Assembly (NCBI GenBank): GCA_045578945.1
Contig: JAZNLF010000078.1
Span: forward strand, 1-25,060
Source of the DNA: Clostridia bacterium
Lineage (GTDB): Bacteria > Bacillota > Clostridia > UMGS1883 > UMGS1540
Length of the DNA stretch: 25,060 nucleotides
Direction: 5' to 3'
In this document: positions 7,471-15,765 of the stretch, in pieces
Layout of the letters: each line of letters opens with the position of its first letter
How positions within the stretch are numbered: position 1 is the first letter of the stretch
Position numbers and translations under genes: made by a program
The notes under the pieces: model-generated
What the model was told of the DNA's origin: nothing
What the model saw: the letters and a program-made list of their open reading frames with translations, nothing else
The model's database searches: none

Positions 7471-7503
7471 AAGCCTCCGGGGATTCACATTCCCTGGAGG
7501 CTT
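7471..7503 (+). terminator. Intrinsic terminator after the merR-family gene
   Basis: AAGCCTCCGGGGA-N7-TCCCTGGAGGCTT hairpin (one G-U pair), 8 nt after the stop codon. Confidence 0.75.
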
Positions 7504-7516
7504 TACTGCACTAACG

Positions 7517-7547
7517 AAAAAAGCAACCTTTAAAAGATTGCTTTTTT
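7517..7547 (-). terminator. Intrinsic terminator after mrp/apbC
   Basis: AAAAAAGCAA-N11-TTGCTTTTTT inverted repeat 6 nt beyond the mrp stop codon. Confidence 0.65.
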
Positions 7548-7553
7548 ACGCGT

Positions 7554-8381
7554 TTATTTTTGCAGATTGTCCAAAATTGCCTTTGCATCTGAGAGCCATT
7601 CGCCCGAAAGCGTTTCCACTTCGCCTGCGTCACACGCGGCGGCAATCGCGGGTTCCATCGGAATTTTCCCGATAACAGAAAGCCCATGGCCTTTTGCGAT
7701 TTCATCAATGTGGCTCTCGCCGAACACATGAATCTTCTTATCGCAATCGGGACATTTTACATAGCTCATATTCTCTACAAGTCCCAAAACGGGAATGTGC
7801 ATCATTTCCGCCATCTTTACAGCCTTTTCCACAATCATGGAAACAAGCTCCTGCGGAGAGGTGACAATCACAATGCCGTCTACAGGGATAGACTGAAATA
7901 CCGTCAAGGGTACATCACCCGTTCCCGGCGGCATATCGATAAACATAAAATCTTCATTTTCCCAGATAACATCCGTCCAAAACTGTGTTACCGTGCCGCC
8001 GATAACAGGGCCGCGCCATACAACGGGGTCCGTCTGGCTTTCCAAAAGAAGATTTAAGGACATAATATCAATGCCCGTTTTAGAGGGTACAGGCAAAATG
8101 CCTGTTTCGTTGACTTTCGGTCTTTCCTCGCCGATGCCGAACATCTTCGGCACGGAGGGGCCTGTAATATCCGCATCTAAAATTGCAGTTTTATATCCGC
8201 TTTTTTGGCTCATAACCGCCAAGAGCGCCGTAACGAGGGATTTTCCCACGCCGCCCTTGCCGCTGACAACGCCAATGACCTTTTTAATACTGGATTCTGC
8301 ATGCGGTGCCTTCAAAAAGCTTTCCGGCTTATCACAGCCCGCGCTGCAGTTTTGGCAATCATGATTACAATTTTCACTCAT
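7554..8381 (-). CDS. mrp: Mrp/NBP35-family P-loop ATPase, Fe-S cluster carrier (ApbC)
   Basis: N-terminal CxxxCxxCxxxC; SGKGGVGKS Walker A; DADITGPSVP; DMPPGTGD; ENMSYVKCPDC. Confidence 0.93.
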   Translation of the reverse strand: MSENCNHDCQNCSAGCDKPESFLKAPHAESSIKKVIGVVSGKGGVGKSLVTALLAVMSQKSGYKTAILDADITGPSVPKMFGIGEERPKVNETGILPVPSKTGIDIMSLNLLLESQTDPVVWRGPVIGGTVTQFWTDVIWENEDFMFIDMPPGTGDVPLTVFQSIPVDGIVIVTSPQELVSMIVEKAVKMAEMMHIPVLGLVENMSYVKCPDCDKKIHVFGESHIDEIAKGHGLSVIGKIPMEPAIAAACDAGEVETLSGEWLSDAKAILDNLQK

Positions 8382-8410
8382 TTTTCACAGCCTCCTTCTA
8401 TAATAGCTTT

Positions 8411-8439
8411 ATTATAGCAGAATTCCGCCTACATGTCAA
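8411..8439 (-). promoter_or_regulatory. Sigma-A promoter for mrp
   Basis: TTGACA-17 bp-TATAAT with TG extension; overlaps the stop codon of the upstream permease. Confidence 0.8.
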
Positions 8440-9532
8440 GCCACAGCGCCACCAAAATCAGCACAAAAAGAATGCTGAAATTAAAAAGAGAATACTTTTT
8501 TATATAGTCCCACGCGTGGCCGGGCATGCGTTTTGTGTATTCTTTAAAGGTGATAAGGCTCGCCAGAGAGGAAATCAGCGTACCCGTGCCGCCGATATTG
8601 ACCGCGACCAAAAGCGACGCATAATTTTCTGTAAACCTCGAAAGCAAAACCGCGCTCGGCACATTGCTGATAACCTGGCAGGACAGCGCGCCGCAAAGAA
8701 GTGCATTTTTTGCCATAAGGCCGCCTAAAAGTGTATTTACGGCGGGGATGCGCGCCATGTTCCCCGAAAAGACAAAGAACGCGCAAAAAGTAAGAAGAAG
8801 TCCGTAGTCCACCTTTTTCAGTGCACCTCTGTCCAGCACAAAAAGAGCGGATGTAATCACCAAAAACCCCGCAGCGCATGACACAATGCGAAATACCACA
8901 GCGAGTGAGAATGCAAAAAGTACAAGATACGTCGCCGTCAGTCCGCGATGCAGGTGGTGGATGGCTTCATTTTCGAGCCGAAGCGGCTCCTTCTTTACAA
9001 ACACAACGCAAGACAGCGTAATCAAAAAGACGGAAACCAAAAAAGGCACCAGCATTATGCTGACAAACTCTCTTGTCGGAATATTGAAATAGCTATACAT
9101 ATAAAGATTTTGCGGATTGCCGAAGGGCGTCAGCATCCCGCCCAAATTGGCGGCAATCGTCTGCATAATGAACACAAACGCCATCTTATCCTTCCGCCCC
9201 GTACTATTTAAAACCAAATACCCGAGGGGCAGGAAGGTAAGAAGCGCCATATCATTTGCAATCAGCATCGAGCCGATAAAAGTCACATATATAAGTGCCA
9301 GTACAACGCCGCGGAGATTTTTAAAGTAAAGTACGATTTTACGCGCCACAATCTGAAAAAAATGAATGTTTTTCAAAGCGCAAATGACCGCCAGCGTGCA
9401 AAAAAGGCAGGTTAGGGTGCGCACATCAAAATAATCTATGTATGCTCTGTCGGGCGGCACGAAAAACATTGTTACCACCGCCGCCAAAATTGCAATACAA
9501 AGCACCATATTCTTTTTTATAAAATTAACCAT
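8429..9532 (-). CDS. Ion-transporter superfamily permease (citrate transporter / SLC13 / ArsB-NhaD-like)
   Basis: Polytopic membrane protein; motifs ANDMALLTFLPL, AANLGGMLTPFGNPQNLY, QVISNVPSA, NIGGTGTLISSLAS; start moved to ATG at 9532 after RBS GGGAG. Confidence 0.85.
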   Translation of the reverse strand: MVNFIKKNMVLCIAILAAVVTMFFVPPDRAYIDYFDVRTLTCLFCTLAVICALKNIHFFQIVARKIVLYFKNLRGVVLALIYVTFIGSMLIANDMALLTFLPLGYLVLNSTGRKDKMAFVFIMQTIAANLGGMLTPFGNPQNLYMYSYFNIPTREFVSIMLVPFLVSVFLITLSCVVFVKKEPLRLENEAIHHLHRGLTATYLVLFAFSLAVVFRIVSCAAGFLVITSALFVLDRGALKKVDYGLLLTFCAFFVFSGNMARIPAVNTLLGGLMAKNALLCGALSCQVISNVPSAVLLSRFTENYASLLVAVNIGGTGTLISSLASLITFKEYTKRMPGHAWDYIKKYSLFNFSILFVLILVALWLDM

Positions 9533-9554
9533 AATTAACAACTCCCACGTGTGT

Positions 9555-9583
9555 ATTGTATCACACACGTGCGCACATGTCAA
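9555..9583 (-). promoter_or_regulatory. Sigma-A promoter for the permease, overlapped by an inverted repeat
   Basis: TTGACA-17 bp-TACAAT with TG extension. Confidence 0.8.
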
Positions 9584-9625
9584 TTCTTTTGGGGCTGAGA
9601 AAAATATGTTCTCTTTTTTATTTCG

Positions 9626-11128
9626 TTATTCTTTTATATCCTTTTTAAATGCCTCGTTTTGCTCAGGATATGCAGAAAGCATCGGCTCGACATCAGCGCC
9701 TTTCTTTCTGTCGTAGTAGTTTTTTGTAATTTTGGCAACCTGCCCGCTTAAGAGAACGACTGCAATTAAGTTCGGCAATGCCATCAGGCCGTTGAAGGTA
9801 TCGTCGAGTGCCCAGAGAAGCTCGCCTTCAATAACGGCGGATGCCACAATCAAAACAACATAGATAACCTTAAACACGACAACAGAAACACGACGGCCTT
9901 TCTCGGGGAGCCATTGGAAGAAGAATTCCGTTGCCTTCTCGCCGTAGTACGACCATGCCAAAATGGTTGTAAATGCAAACAAGGGCAAAAAGACGGAGTA
10001 GATGACGGCACCGACTGCCCCCAAATCCTGCGAGAATGCCGCCAATGCAGTTGCGGAATCGCTACCCGCATAGAAGGCACCGCTTTGGAACGCACCGCTT
10101 TGAATATTGGTTGTCAGTATAACAAGTGCGGTCAGGGTACAAATTACAAAGGTATCAAAGAATACCTCGAAAATACCCCAAAGACCTTGTTTGACAGGCT
10201 CGCGGACTTCGGATGCAGAGTGCGCGATAACGGATGAGCCAAGGCCTGCCTCATTTGAAAACACACCGCGCGCCAAGCCTTTTTTAATAATATCTGAAAA
10301 GACGAAGCCGCCGACGCCGCCTGCAACAGCCTTTGCGGAGAATACGCTGGTAAAGATAAGGCGTATCGCCTCGGGGACTGCTTTTACGTTTATAAAAATA
10401 ATAATGATGGACATAATGATAAACGCCAAAGACATAAAGGGTACGAGCATAGAGGCCACTTTGCCGATTCTCTTAATGCCGCCGATAACGACAATCCCTG
10501 TTATCACGGCCACAATCACGCCAATGATAATTTGCGATGCGACGGAATCTGTATGCAGAATGGATGTTATCGTTCCCGTGATTTTATTTGTCTGCACGCC
10601 ACTCATACCCACGGCAGCGAAAAGGCAGAAAAATGCCGCAATGTAGCCGAGCCATTTCTGCTTTAAGCCATACGCGATGTAGTAGAAGGCACCGCCCGAA
10701 AAGTTGCCGTCTTTATCCTTTTTTCTGTAGTAAAGACCGAGTACGTTTTCTGCATAATTGGTAAGAAGACCGAAGAATGCAGAAATCCACATCCATACTA
10801 CGGCACCGGGGCCGCCTGTCAAAATTGCAGATGTAACACCGATGATGTTACCCGTTCCGACCGTTCCCGAAATTGCGGCAGAAAAAGCTTCAAACTGGGA
10901 AATGGAATTTTCGTTCTTTTTCTCTTTGTTGCCCTTGCCGATATCTTTGATGGCAGGGACGATGGTTGTATTTACGGATTCGCCGAATTTTCTGACCTGC
11001 AAAGCGCGCAGACGAATGGTAAGCAAAAGCCCTGTACCCAAAATCATGATAATCATGGGCCAACCCCATACAAAGCCGTTTACCTTGTCATTTACGCTTG
11101 CGATTGTTTCGATAATGCTGTTCCACAT
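9626..11128 (-). CDS. Sodium:alanine/glycine symporter (AGCS family, AlsT-like)
   Basis: Motifs GTVGTGNIIGV, GGPGAVVWMWISAFFG, GGAFYYI, GGIKRIGKVAS, RGVFSNEAGLGS, MALPNLIA; RBS GGAGG. Confidence 0.95.
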   Translation of the reverse strand: MWNSIIETIASVNDKVNGFVWGWPMIIMILGTGLLLTIRLRALQVRKFGESVNTTIVPAIKDIGKGNKEKKNENSISQFEAFSAAISGTVGTGNIIGVTSAILTGGPGAVVWMWISAFFGLLTNYAENVLGLYYRKKDKDGNFSGGAFYYIAYGLKQKWLGYIAAFFCLFAAVGMSGVQTNKITGTITSILHTDSVASQIIIGVIVAVITGIVVIGGIKRIGKVASMLVPFMSLAFIIMSIIIIFINVKAVPEAIRLIFTSVFSAKAVAGGVGGFVFSDIIKKGLARGVFSNEAGLGSSVIAHSASEVREPVKQGLWGIFEVFFDTFVICTLTALVILTTNIQSGAFQSGAFYAGSDSATALAAFSQDLGAVGAVIYSVFLPLFAFTTILAWSYYGEKATEFFFQWLPEKGRRVSVVVFKVIYVVLIVASAVIEGELLWALDDTFNGLMALPNLIAVVLLSGQVAKITKNYYDRKKGADVEPMLSAYPEQNEAFKKDIKE

Positions 11129-11152
11129 ATCAAAAACCTCCTGAAAATAAAA

Positions 11153-11183
11153 TAAAAAAAGAGCTAAACAAACGTTTAACTCC
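11153..11183 (-). terminator. Regulated terminator (riboswitch expression platform) upstream of the symporter
   Basis: Minus strand GAGTTAAAC-GTTT-GTTTAGCTC followed by TTTTTTTATTTT. Confidence 0.75.
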
Positions 11184-11233
11184 GAATACGAAAAAGAGAA
11201 CTACACCGCATTTTGGATGTATTTCTGATTTTA

Positions 11234-11400
11234 GCTCCGTCCTTTTGCCTGAGAGATTAATGCTTTCGCATTTTGCACCTTCGGCATCCTTTAAAAGAGG
11301 ACTTCTCCGGAGTGCTATCAAAACACAGTACCCGCTTTTTTGAAAAAAGCACCTGAGAGTTTTACTCCGTCGGTTGCAAACAAATGCATCTCCTGTGTTT
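11234..11400 (-). promoter_or_regulatory. Tandem glycine riboswitch
   Basis: Two aptamers: ACAGGAGA...CCGACGGAG...CTCTCAGGT...CTGTGT and CTCCGGAGA...GCCGAAGGTGCAA...CTCTCAGGCAAAAGGACGGAG; lies upstream of an AGCS symporter, a known context. Confidence 0.92.
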
Positions 11401-11425
11401 ATCACATAGCTCTTTATTTTTGACC

Positions 11426-11454
11426 ATTATATCATGTAAAATTTTAAATTGCAA
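11426..11454 (-). promoter_or_regulatory. Sigma-A promoter for the glycine riboswitch-symporter transcript
   Basis: TTGCAA-17 bp-TATAAT with TG extension. Confidence 0.75.
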
Positions 11455-11503
11455 CATTTTTCGTCAAAAAACAAAATAAATCATGGCTTTACATAGAAAA
11501 ATA

Positions 11504-11532
11504 TTGACAAAAAGCGGGAAATATGGTATTCT
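11504..11532 (+). promoter_or_regulatory. Sigma-A promoter for the TPP riboswitch-thiT transcript
   Basis: TTGACA-17 bp-TATTCT with TG extension. Confidence 0.75.
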
Positions 11533-11536
11533 TAGC

Positions 11537-11625
11537 AAAAGGGGAGCTTGTGTGCCAGGCTGAGAGGAAGGGATTGACCTTCGACCCGATAACCTGATTT
11601 GGATAATGCCAACGTAGGGAAGATA
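11537..11625 (+). promoter_or_regulatory. TPP riboswitch (THI box)
   Basis: GGGGAGC...GGCTGAGAG...GACCC..AACCTGAT..GGATAATGCCAACGTAGGGA consensus; upstream of thiT. Confidence 0.95.
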
Positions 11626-11633
11626 AAGATTGC

Positions 11634-11670
11634 AAGAAAGCTTTCCCGCGCGGAAAGCTTTTTCTTTTTT
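11634..11670 (+). terminator. TPP riboswitch terminator
   Basis: AAAGCTTTCC-CGCGC-GGAAAGCTTT followed by a T-rich tract. Confidence 0.8.
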
Positions 11671-11695
11671 CTACAAAAAGAAAGGAAGAGAAAAA

Positions 11696-12241
11696 ATGAC
11701 AAAGAAACTTACCACAGCAGGTGTAATGCTGGCCCTCGCAATCGTGCTGAGTCAGATCAAGGTGTTTGACGCGCCGTACGGCGGCAGCGTAACGGCGGCT
11801 TCCATGCTGCCTGTTCTCATCGTTGCACTTTTATACGATGTCAAATGGGGGCTATGGGGCAGCCTTGTTTTTGCGGCGCTCCAGATGCTTTTCGGCGGCA
11901 TCCCTGCCCCGCCTGTCGCAAGCGTTTTTTCTTACATTTTGGTGGTGCTTTTGGATTATGTTTTGGCGTTTGGCGTTTTAGGCCTTGCGGGCGTATTTTA
12001 CCGCCACATCTTCAAAGAGAAAGCATGGGGCATCGGCGGCGCTGCCGCACTTTGTATCTTCCTTCGGTTTATCTGCCATTTTTTATCGGGCATTCTCATT
12101 TGGGACGTCTACGCGTGGGAAGGCTACGGCGCGGCAATGTATTCCTTCCTATATAATGGCTCGTATATGCTTTTTGAGCTTATTATCACAACGCTTGCCG
12201 CGGTGGCACTTTCCGCAACCATTCAAAAACAAATCAAATAA
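11696..12241 (+). CDS. thiT: ECF thiamine transporter S-component ThiT
   Basis: ALAIVLSQIK..PYGGSVT..MLP, LDYVLAF, LRFICHF.SG..W, YSFLYNGSYM; start moved to ATG at 11696 after the riboswitch. Confidence 0.92.
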   Translation: MTKKLTTAGVMLALAIVLSQIKVFDAPYGGSVTAASMLPVLIVALLYDVKWGLWGSLVFAALQMLFGGIPAPPVASVFSYILVVLLDYVLAFGVLGLAGVFYRHIFKEKAWGIGGAAALCIFLRFICHFLSGILIWDVYAWEGYGAAMYSFLYNGSYMLFELIITTLAAVALSATIQKQIK

Positions 12242-12257
12242 AATTTTAAGAAAATAC

Positions 12258-12286
12258 TTGACAAATCAGGCAAAAGGGTGTAAACT
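12258..12286 (+). promoter_or_regulatory. Sigma-A promoter for the ylxM-ffh operon
   Basis: TTGACA-17 bp-TAAACT. Confidence 0.65.
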
Positions 12287-12338
12287 ATAAAAGCTGTAAA
12301 TACTTTTTGGTTTACACCCGTTTTTTTTGGAGTACACG

Positions 12339-12689
12339 ATGAAAAAGAATTTAACAACGGGCTATCTTCTCGATTTTTACGGCTCGCTTTTAACCGAGCG
12401 GCAACGAGAGGCCCTCAATATGTATTATAATATGGATTATTCTCTGGCGGAAATTGCGGAGCAGTTTTCCGTAACGCGGCAATGCATCCGCGGCTATTTA
12501 AAAAACGGGGAAGCACATATGTGGCGCATGGAAAATGCATTGCACCATGCCGCACTCTACGGGGCGGCAGACAAGGTGCAAAAAATGCTTGCAAAAGCCA
12601 TGGAAGAAGGCGGGCTGGATAAGGAAACGGCAGAGAAGGCCGCCGCTATACTTCGTGATGGCATGGAAAGGGAAACGGATGGCATTTGA
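12339..12689 (+). CDS. ylxM: YlxM (UPF0122) HTH protein associated with SRP
   Basis: LLDFYGSLLTERQRE..MYY..DYSLAEIAEQ..VTRQ; immediately upstream of ffh; alternative TTG start at 12327. Confidence 0.92.
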   Translation: MKKNLTTGYLLDFYGSLLTERQREALNMYYNMDYSLAEIAEQFSVTRQCIRGYLKNGEAHMWRMENALHHAALYGAADKVQKMLAKAMEEGGLDKETAEKAAAILRDGMERETDGI

Positions 12690-14007
12690 AAATTTAGGCG
12701 ATAAACTGCAAAATGTATTTAAAAAGCTTCGCGGCAAAGGGCGCGTTAGTGAAAAAGATATTAAGGAAGCGATGCGCGAGGTGCGTCTTGCACTTTTGGA
12801 GGCGGACGTAAACTTTAAGGTTGCGCGCGAGTTTATTGCAAAAGTCAGCGAAAAAGCTGTGGGGGCAGATGTTTTGGAGAGCCTCACGCCCGCGCAGCAG
12901 ATTATAAAGATTGTGCGTGATGAGCTTTGCGATTTAATGGGCGGCACGACTGCCAAATTAGCCGTTTCGCCAAAACTGCCTACAATTTTGATGCTTGTTG
13001 GCTTAAACGGCGCAGGTAAAACCACCACGGCGGCAAAGCTTGCAGGGTATTTAAAAAAGCAGGGCAAACGCCCGATGCTTGCCGCGTGTGACGTGTATCG
13101 TCCCGCTGCCGTCAAGCAGCTTATGGTTGTCGGCGGGCAGGTAGATGTCCCCGTATTTACCATGGAAGGGGAAAAAGACCCTGTAAAAATCGCAGCAGAG
13201 GCAGTAAGCACTTGTGACACCTCGCGCTTTGACACAGTGATTATCGACACCGCAGGTCGCCTGCAGGTGGACGAGGCGCTGATGGATGAGCTGGCACGCA
13301 TGAAGGATAAAGTTAAGCCTACGGAAATTTTGCTGGTTGTCGATGCCATGACAGGACAAGATGCAGTCAATATTGCAGAGGGCTTTTCCGAAAAGGTTGG
13401 TATTGACGGCGTTATTTTAACAAAAATGGACGGCGACGCACGCGGCGGCGCAGCACTCAGCGTCAAGGCCGTAACGGGGAAACCCATTAAGTTTTCCTGC
13501 ATTGGCGAAAAGCTTTCCGATATCGAGCCGTTTTATCCCGATCGCTTGGCATCCCGTATCCTCGGGATGGGCGATATGCTGACGCTGATTGATAAAGCGC
13601 AAGCAGCATTTGATGAAAAAACAGCGCTGGAGCTGGAGCAGAAAATGCGAAAGCAACAGTTTACCTTACAGGATTTTCTCGACCAGATGGAAAACATGAA
13701 GAACATGGGCTCCTTGCAGGATTTGATGGGTATGATTCCCGGCATGAATAAGGGCGCTTTGAAAAATGCGACGATTGACGAAAAGCAATTTGCCCGCACC
13801 GCCGCCATCATAAAGTCCATGACGAAGAAGGAACGCGAAAATCCCGATATTATAAATGCCGCAAGAAGAAGGCGCATCGCCAAAGGAAGCGGCACAGAGG
13901 TACAGGACGTAAACCGCCTTTTAAAGCAGTTTGATGATATGCAAAAGCTGATGAAGCAGTTTATGGGCAAAGGGAAAAAACATAAGCGCTTTCCCTTTGG
14001 GTTTTAA
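12679..14007 (+). CDS. ffh: Signal recognition particle protein Ffh
   Basis: MAFENL start; GLNGAGKTT, DVYRPAA, DTAGRL, TKMDGDARGGAALS, RLASRILGMGD; Met-rich M domain; true start is ATG at 12679. Confidence 0.98.
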   Translation: MAFENLGDKLQNVFKKLRGKGRVSEKDIKEAMREVRLALLEADVNFKVAREFIAKVSEKAVGADVLESLTPAQQIIKIVRDELCDLMGGTTAKLAVSPKLPTILMLVGLNGAGKTTTAAKLAGYLKKQGKRPMLAACDVYRPAAVKQLMVVGGQVDVPVFTMEGEKDPVKIAAEAVSTCDTSRFDTVIIDTAGRLQVDEALMDELARMKDKVKPTEILLVVDAMTGQDAVNIAEGFSEKVGIDGVILTKMDGDARGGAALSVKAVTGKPIKFSCIGEKLSDIEPFYPDRLASRILGMGDMLTLIDKAQAAFDEKTALELEQKMRKQQFTLQDFLDQMENMKNMGSLQDLMGMIPGMNKGALKNATIDEKQFARTAAIIKSMTKKERENPDIINAARRRRIAKGSGTEVQDVNRLLKQFDDMQKLMKQFMGKGKKHKRFPFGF

Positions 14008-14026
14008 TTTGAGGAGGTGAAAAAGA

Positions 14027-14272
14027 ATGGCAGTAAAAATCAGATTAAGAAGAATGGGCGCGAAGAAATCCCCGTTTTACAGAGTGGTTGTTGCAGATTC
14101 CAGATACCCGCGTGACGGCAGATTTATAGAGGAAATCGGCACATACAACCCGATGGCAAACCCCTCTGAAATCAAAATTGATGCTGACAAAGCGAAGCAG
14201 TGGATCGACAATGGTGCACAGCCGACTGACAGTGTTAAATCTCTCCTGAAGAGAAGCGGCATTGTAGACTAA
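14027..14272 (+). CDS. rpsP: 30S ribosomal protein S16
   Basis: [35 protein letters not shown]. Confidence 0.99.
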   Translation: MAVKIRLRRMGAKKSPFYRVVVADSRYPRDGRFIEEIGTYNPMANPSEIKIDADKAKQWIDNGAQPTDSVKSLLKRSGIVD

Positions 14273-14295
14273 GAAAAGGGGTGACTTTAAAAGCG

Positions 14296-14523
14296 ATGAA
14301 GGAACTTTTAGAGTTTATCGTAAAATCTTTGGTGTCCTGCCCCGACGATGTCGTGATTGACGAGACGGTGAATGGTGACATTTATACCTATGAAATTCGC
14401 GTCAATGAGGCGGATATGGGTAAGGTCATCGGCAAGCAGGGCAAGATTGCGAAGGCAATCCGTTCTCTTATGAAGGCGGCAGCCGCAAAGCGCAATCTGA
14501 AGGTGAACGTAGACATAGTATAA
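14296..14523 (+). CDS. khpA: KH-domain RNA-binding protein KhpA (YlqC)
   Basis: MKELLEFIVKSLV..PDDV, DMGKVIGKQGKIAKAIR; position between rpsP and rimM. Confidence 0.95.
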   Translation: MKELLEFIVKSLVSCPDDVVIDETVNGDIYTYEIRVNEADMGKVIGKQGKIAKAIRSLMKAAAAKRNLKVNVDIV

Positions 14524-14583
14524 TTACTGTGTGCTGTAAGGGCGGGGCATTCCCGCCCTAAGACGTTTTGGAAGGAATTTTGT

Positions 14584-15078
14584 ATGCTTTTATGTGGTAA
14601 AATCGTAAACACACATGGACTTGACGGCACGGTAAAGCTTTTGCCGTATACAGATGCGCCGTCTTTTTTTGATACTGTAAAAACAGTATATCTGTCTGAC
14701 AAAACCAAGCTTTCCCTTTTAAAGTACCGCCAACAAAAAGGCGCACTCCTGATGCGCTTTCGTGAGGTTGATACGGTGGAAAAGGCAGAAAAACTGCGAA
14801 ACTGTGAAATTTTCGTCTCGCGTGCGGACGCGATGCCGCTTCCCGAGGGGCGCTATTATATTGCGGACATTATCGGCCTTTCCGTCTTTTGTGAGAATGG
14901 CAGAGCGCTCGGCAAAGTGACCGATGTTTTGCAAACAGGCAGTAATGATGTATATGTTGTAAAAGGTGATAAGGAATATTTAATTCCTGTCATTGACGAA
15001 GTGATTTTGGAAATAAACCCTGCCGACGGCAGGATTCTTATAAAACCCCTGAAGGGATTATTAGATGATGAAGATTGA
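14584..15078 (+). CDS. rimM: Ribosome maturation factor RimM
   Basis: GKIVNTHGLDG, YYIADIIGL.V, GSNDVYVV, YLIPVI; operon position. Confidence 0.96.
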   Translation: MLLCGKIVNTHGLDGTVKLLPYTDAPSFFDTVKTVYLSDKTKLSLLKYRQQKGALLMRFREVDTVEKAEKLRNCEIFVSRADAMPLPEGRYYIADIIGLSVFCENGRALGKVTDVLQTGSNDVYVVKGDKEYLIPVIDEVILEINPADGRILIKPLKGLLDDED

Positions 15079-15748
15079 TGTTTTAACACTTTTCCCCGCA
15101 ATGCTGGAGGCGGTTTTGGGTGACAGTATCATCGGCCGCGCGGCAAAGAAGGGGCTTTTGGATTTAAGATACATAAATATTCGTGATTTTTCAGAGGATA
15201 AGCACAAACGGGTGGACGATTACCCGTACGGCGCAGGCGGCGGCATGGTAATGGCACCGCAGCCGATTTACAACGCGTATTTACATGTAACAGAAGGGCT
15301 TAGGGAAAAGCCGCATGTTATCTACATGTCCCCGCAAGGGGCGGTTTTTACGCAGGAAAAGGCACGCGCGCTTGCCACAGGCTTTGACCATCTGGTGCTT
15401 TTGTGCGGCCACTACGAGGGCGTGGATGAGCGCATTTTAGAGGAAATCGTGGACGAGGAAATTTCCATCGGTGATTACGTTTTGACGGGTGGAGAAATTC
15501 CTGCCATGGCCGTGATTGACGCGGTGGCAAGAATGTTGCCCGGCGTTGTGCAAAACGGAAATTCCGAAAGCGAGTCACTCTCGGACGGGCTTTTGGAATA
15601 CCCGCAATATACGCGTCCGCCCGAATTTTTAGGCAAAAAAGTGCCCGAAATTCTTTTAAGCGGCAACCATGCGGAAATCACAAAGTGGCGTAAGCAAAAA
15701 TCACTTGAAAGGACGGCGCAAAAGCGGCCCGACCTTTTGAAAAAATAA
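15065..15748 (+). CDS. trmD: tRNA (guanine-N1)-methyltransferase TrmD
   Basis: IDVLTLFP, VDDYPYGAGGGMVM, LCGHYEGVDERI, SIGDYVLTGGE, LLEYPQYTRP, VPEILLSGNH. Confidence 0.98.
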   Translation: MMKIDVLTLFPAMLEAVLGDSIIGRAAKKGLLDLRYINIRDFSEDKHKRVDDYPYGAGGGMVMAPQPIYNAYLHVTEGLREKPHVIYMSPQGAVFTQEKARALATGFDHLVLLCGHYEGVDERILEEIVDEEISIGDYVLTGGEIPAMAVIDAVARMLPGVVQNGNSESESLSDGLLEYPQYTRPPEFLGKKVPEILLSGNHAEITKWRKQKSLERTAQKRPDLLKK

Positions 15749-15765
15749 AATCGGAGGTGTTTCGT

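Noticed and set aside
11460-11466. Spo0A box (TGACGAA on minus) upstream of the symporter promoter
   Set aside because: A single degenerate 7-mer is expected by chance every few kb, and there is no second box or other support.
11630-12678. Longer upstream starts given by the ORF track (thiT 11630, ffh 12535; likewise permease 9583, spoIIIAA 20622, Cys4 protein 24174)
   Set aside because: The extensions overlap riboswitch terminators, promoters or neighbouring genes and lack an RBS; downstream ATGs have good RBSs and family-typical N-termini.
12498-13502. 334-aa antisense ORF opposite ffh
   Set aside because: Shadow frame of a conserved GC-rich gene with no recognisable motifs.
14539-14559. 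GC-rich hairpin between khpA and rimM
   Set aside because: Real stem (AGGGCGGG/CCCGCCCT) but no adjacent T-tract; such intra-operon stability or attenuation stems are ordinary in this operon.
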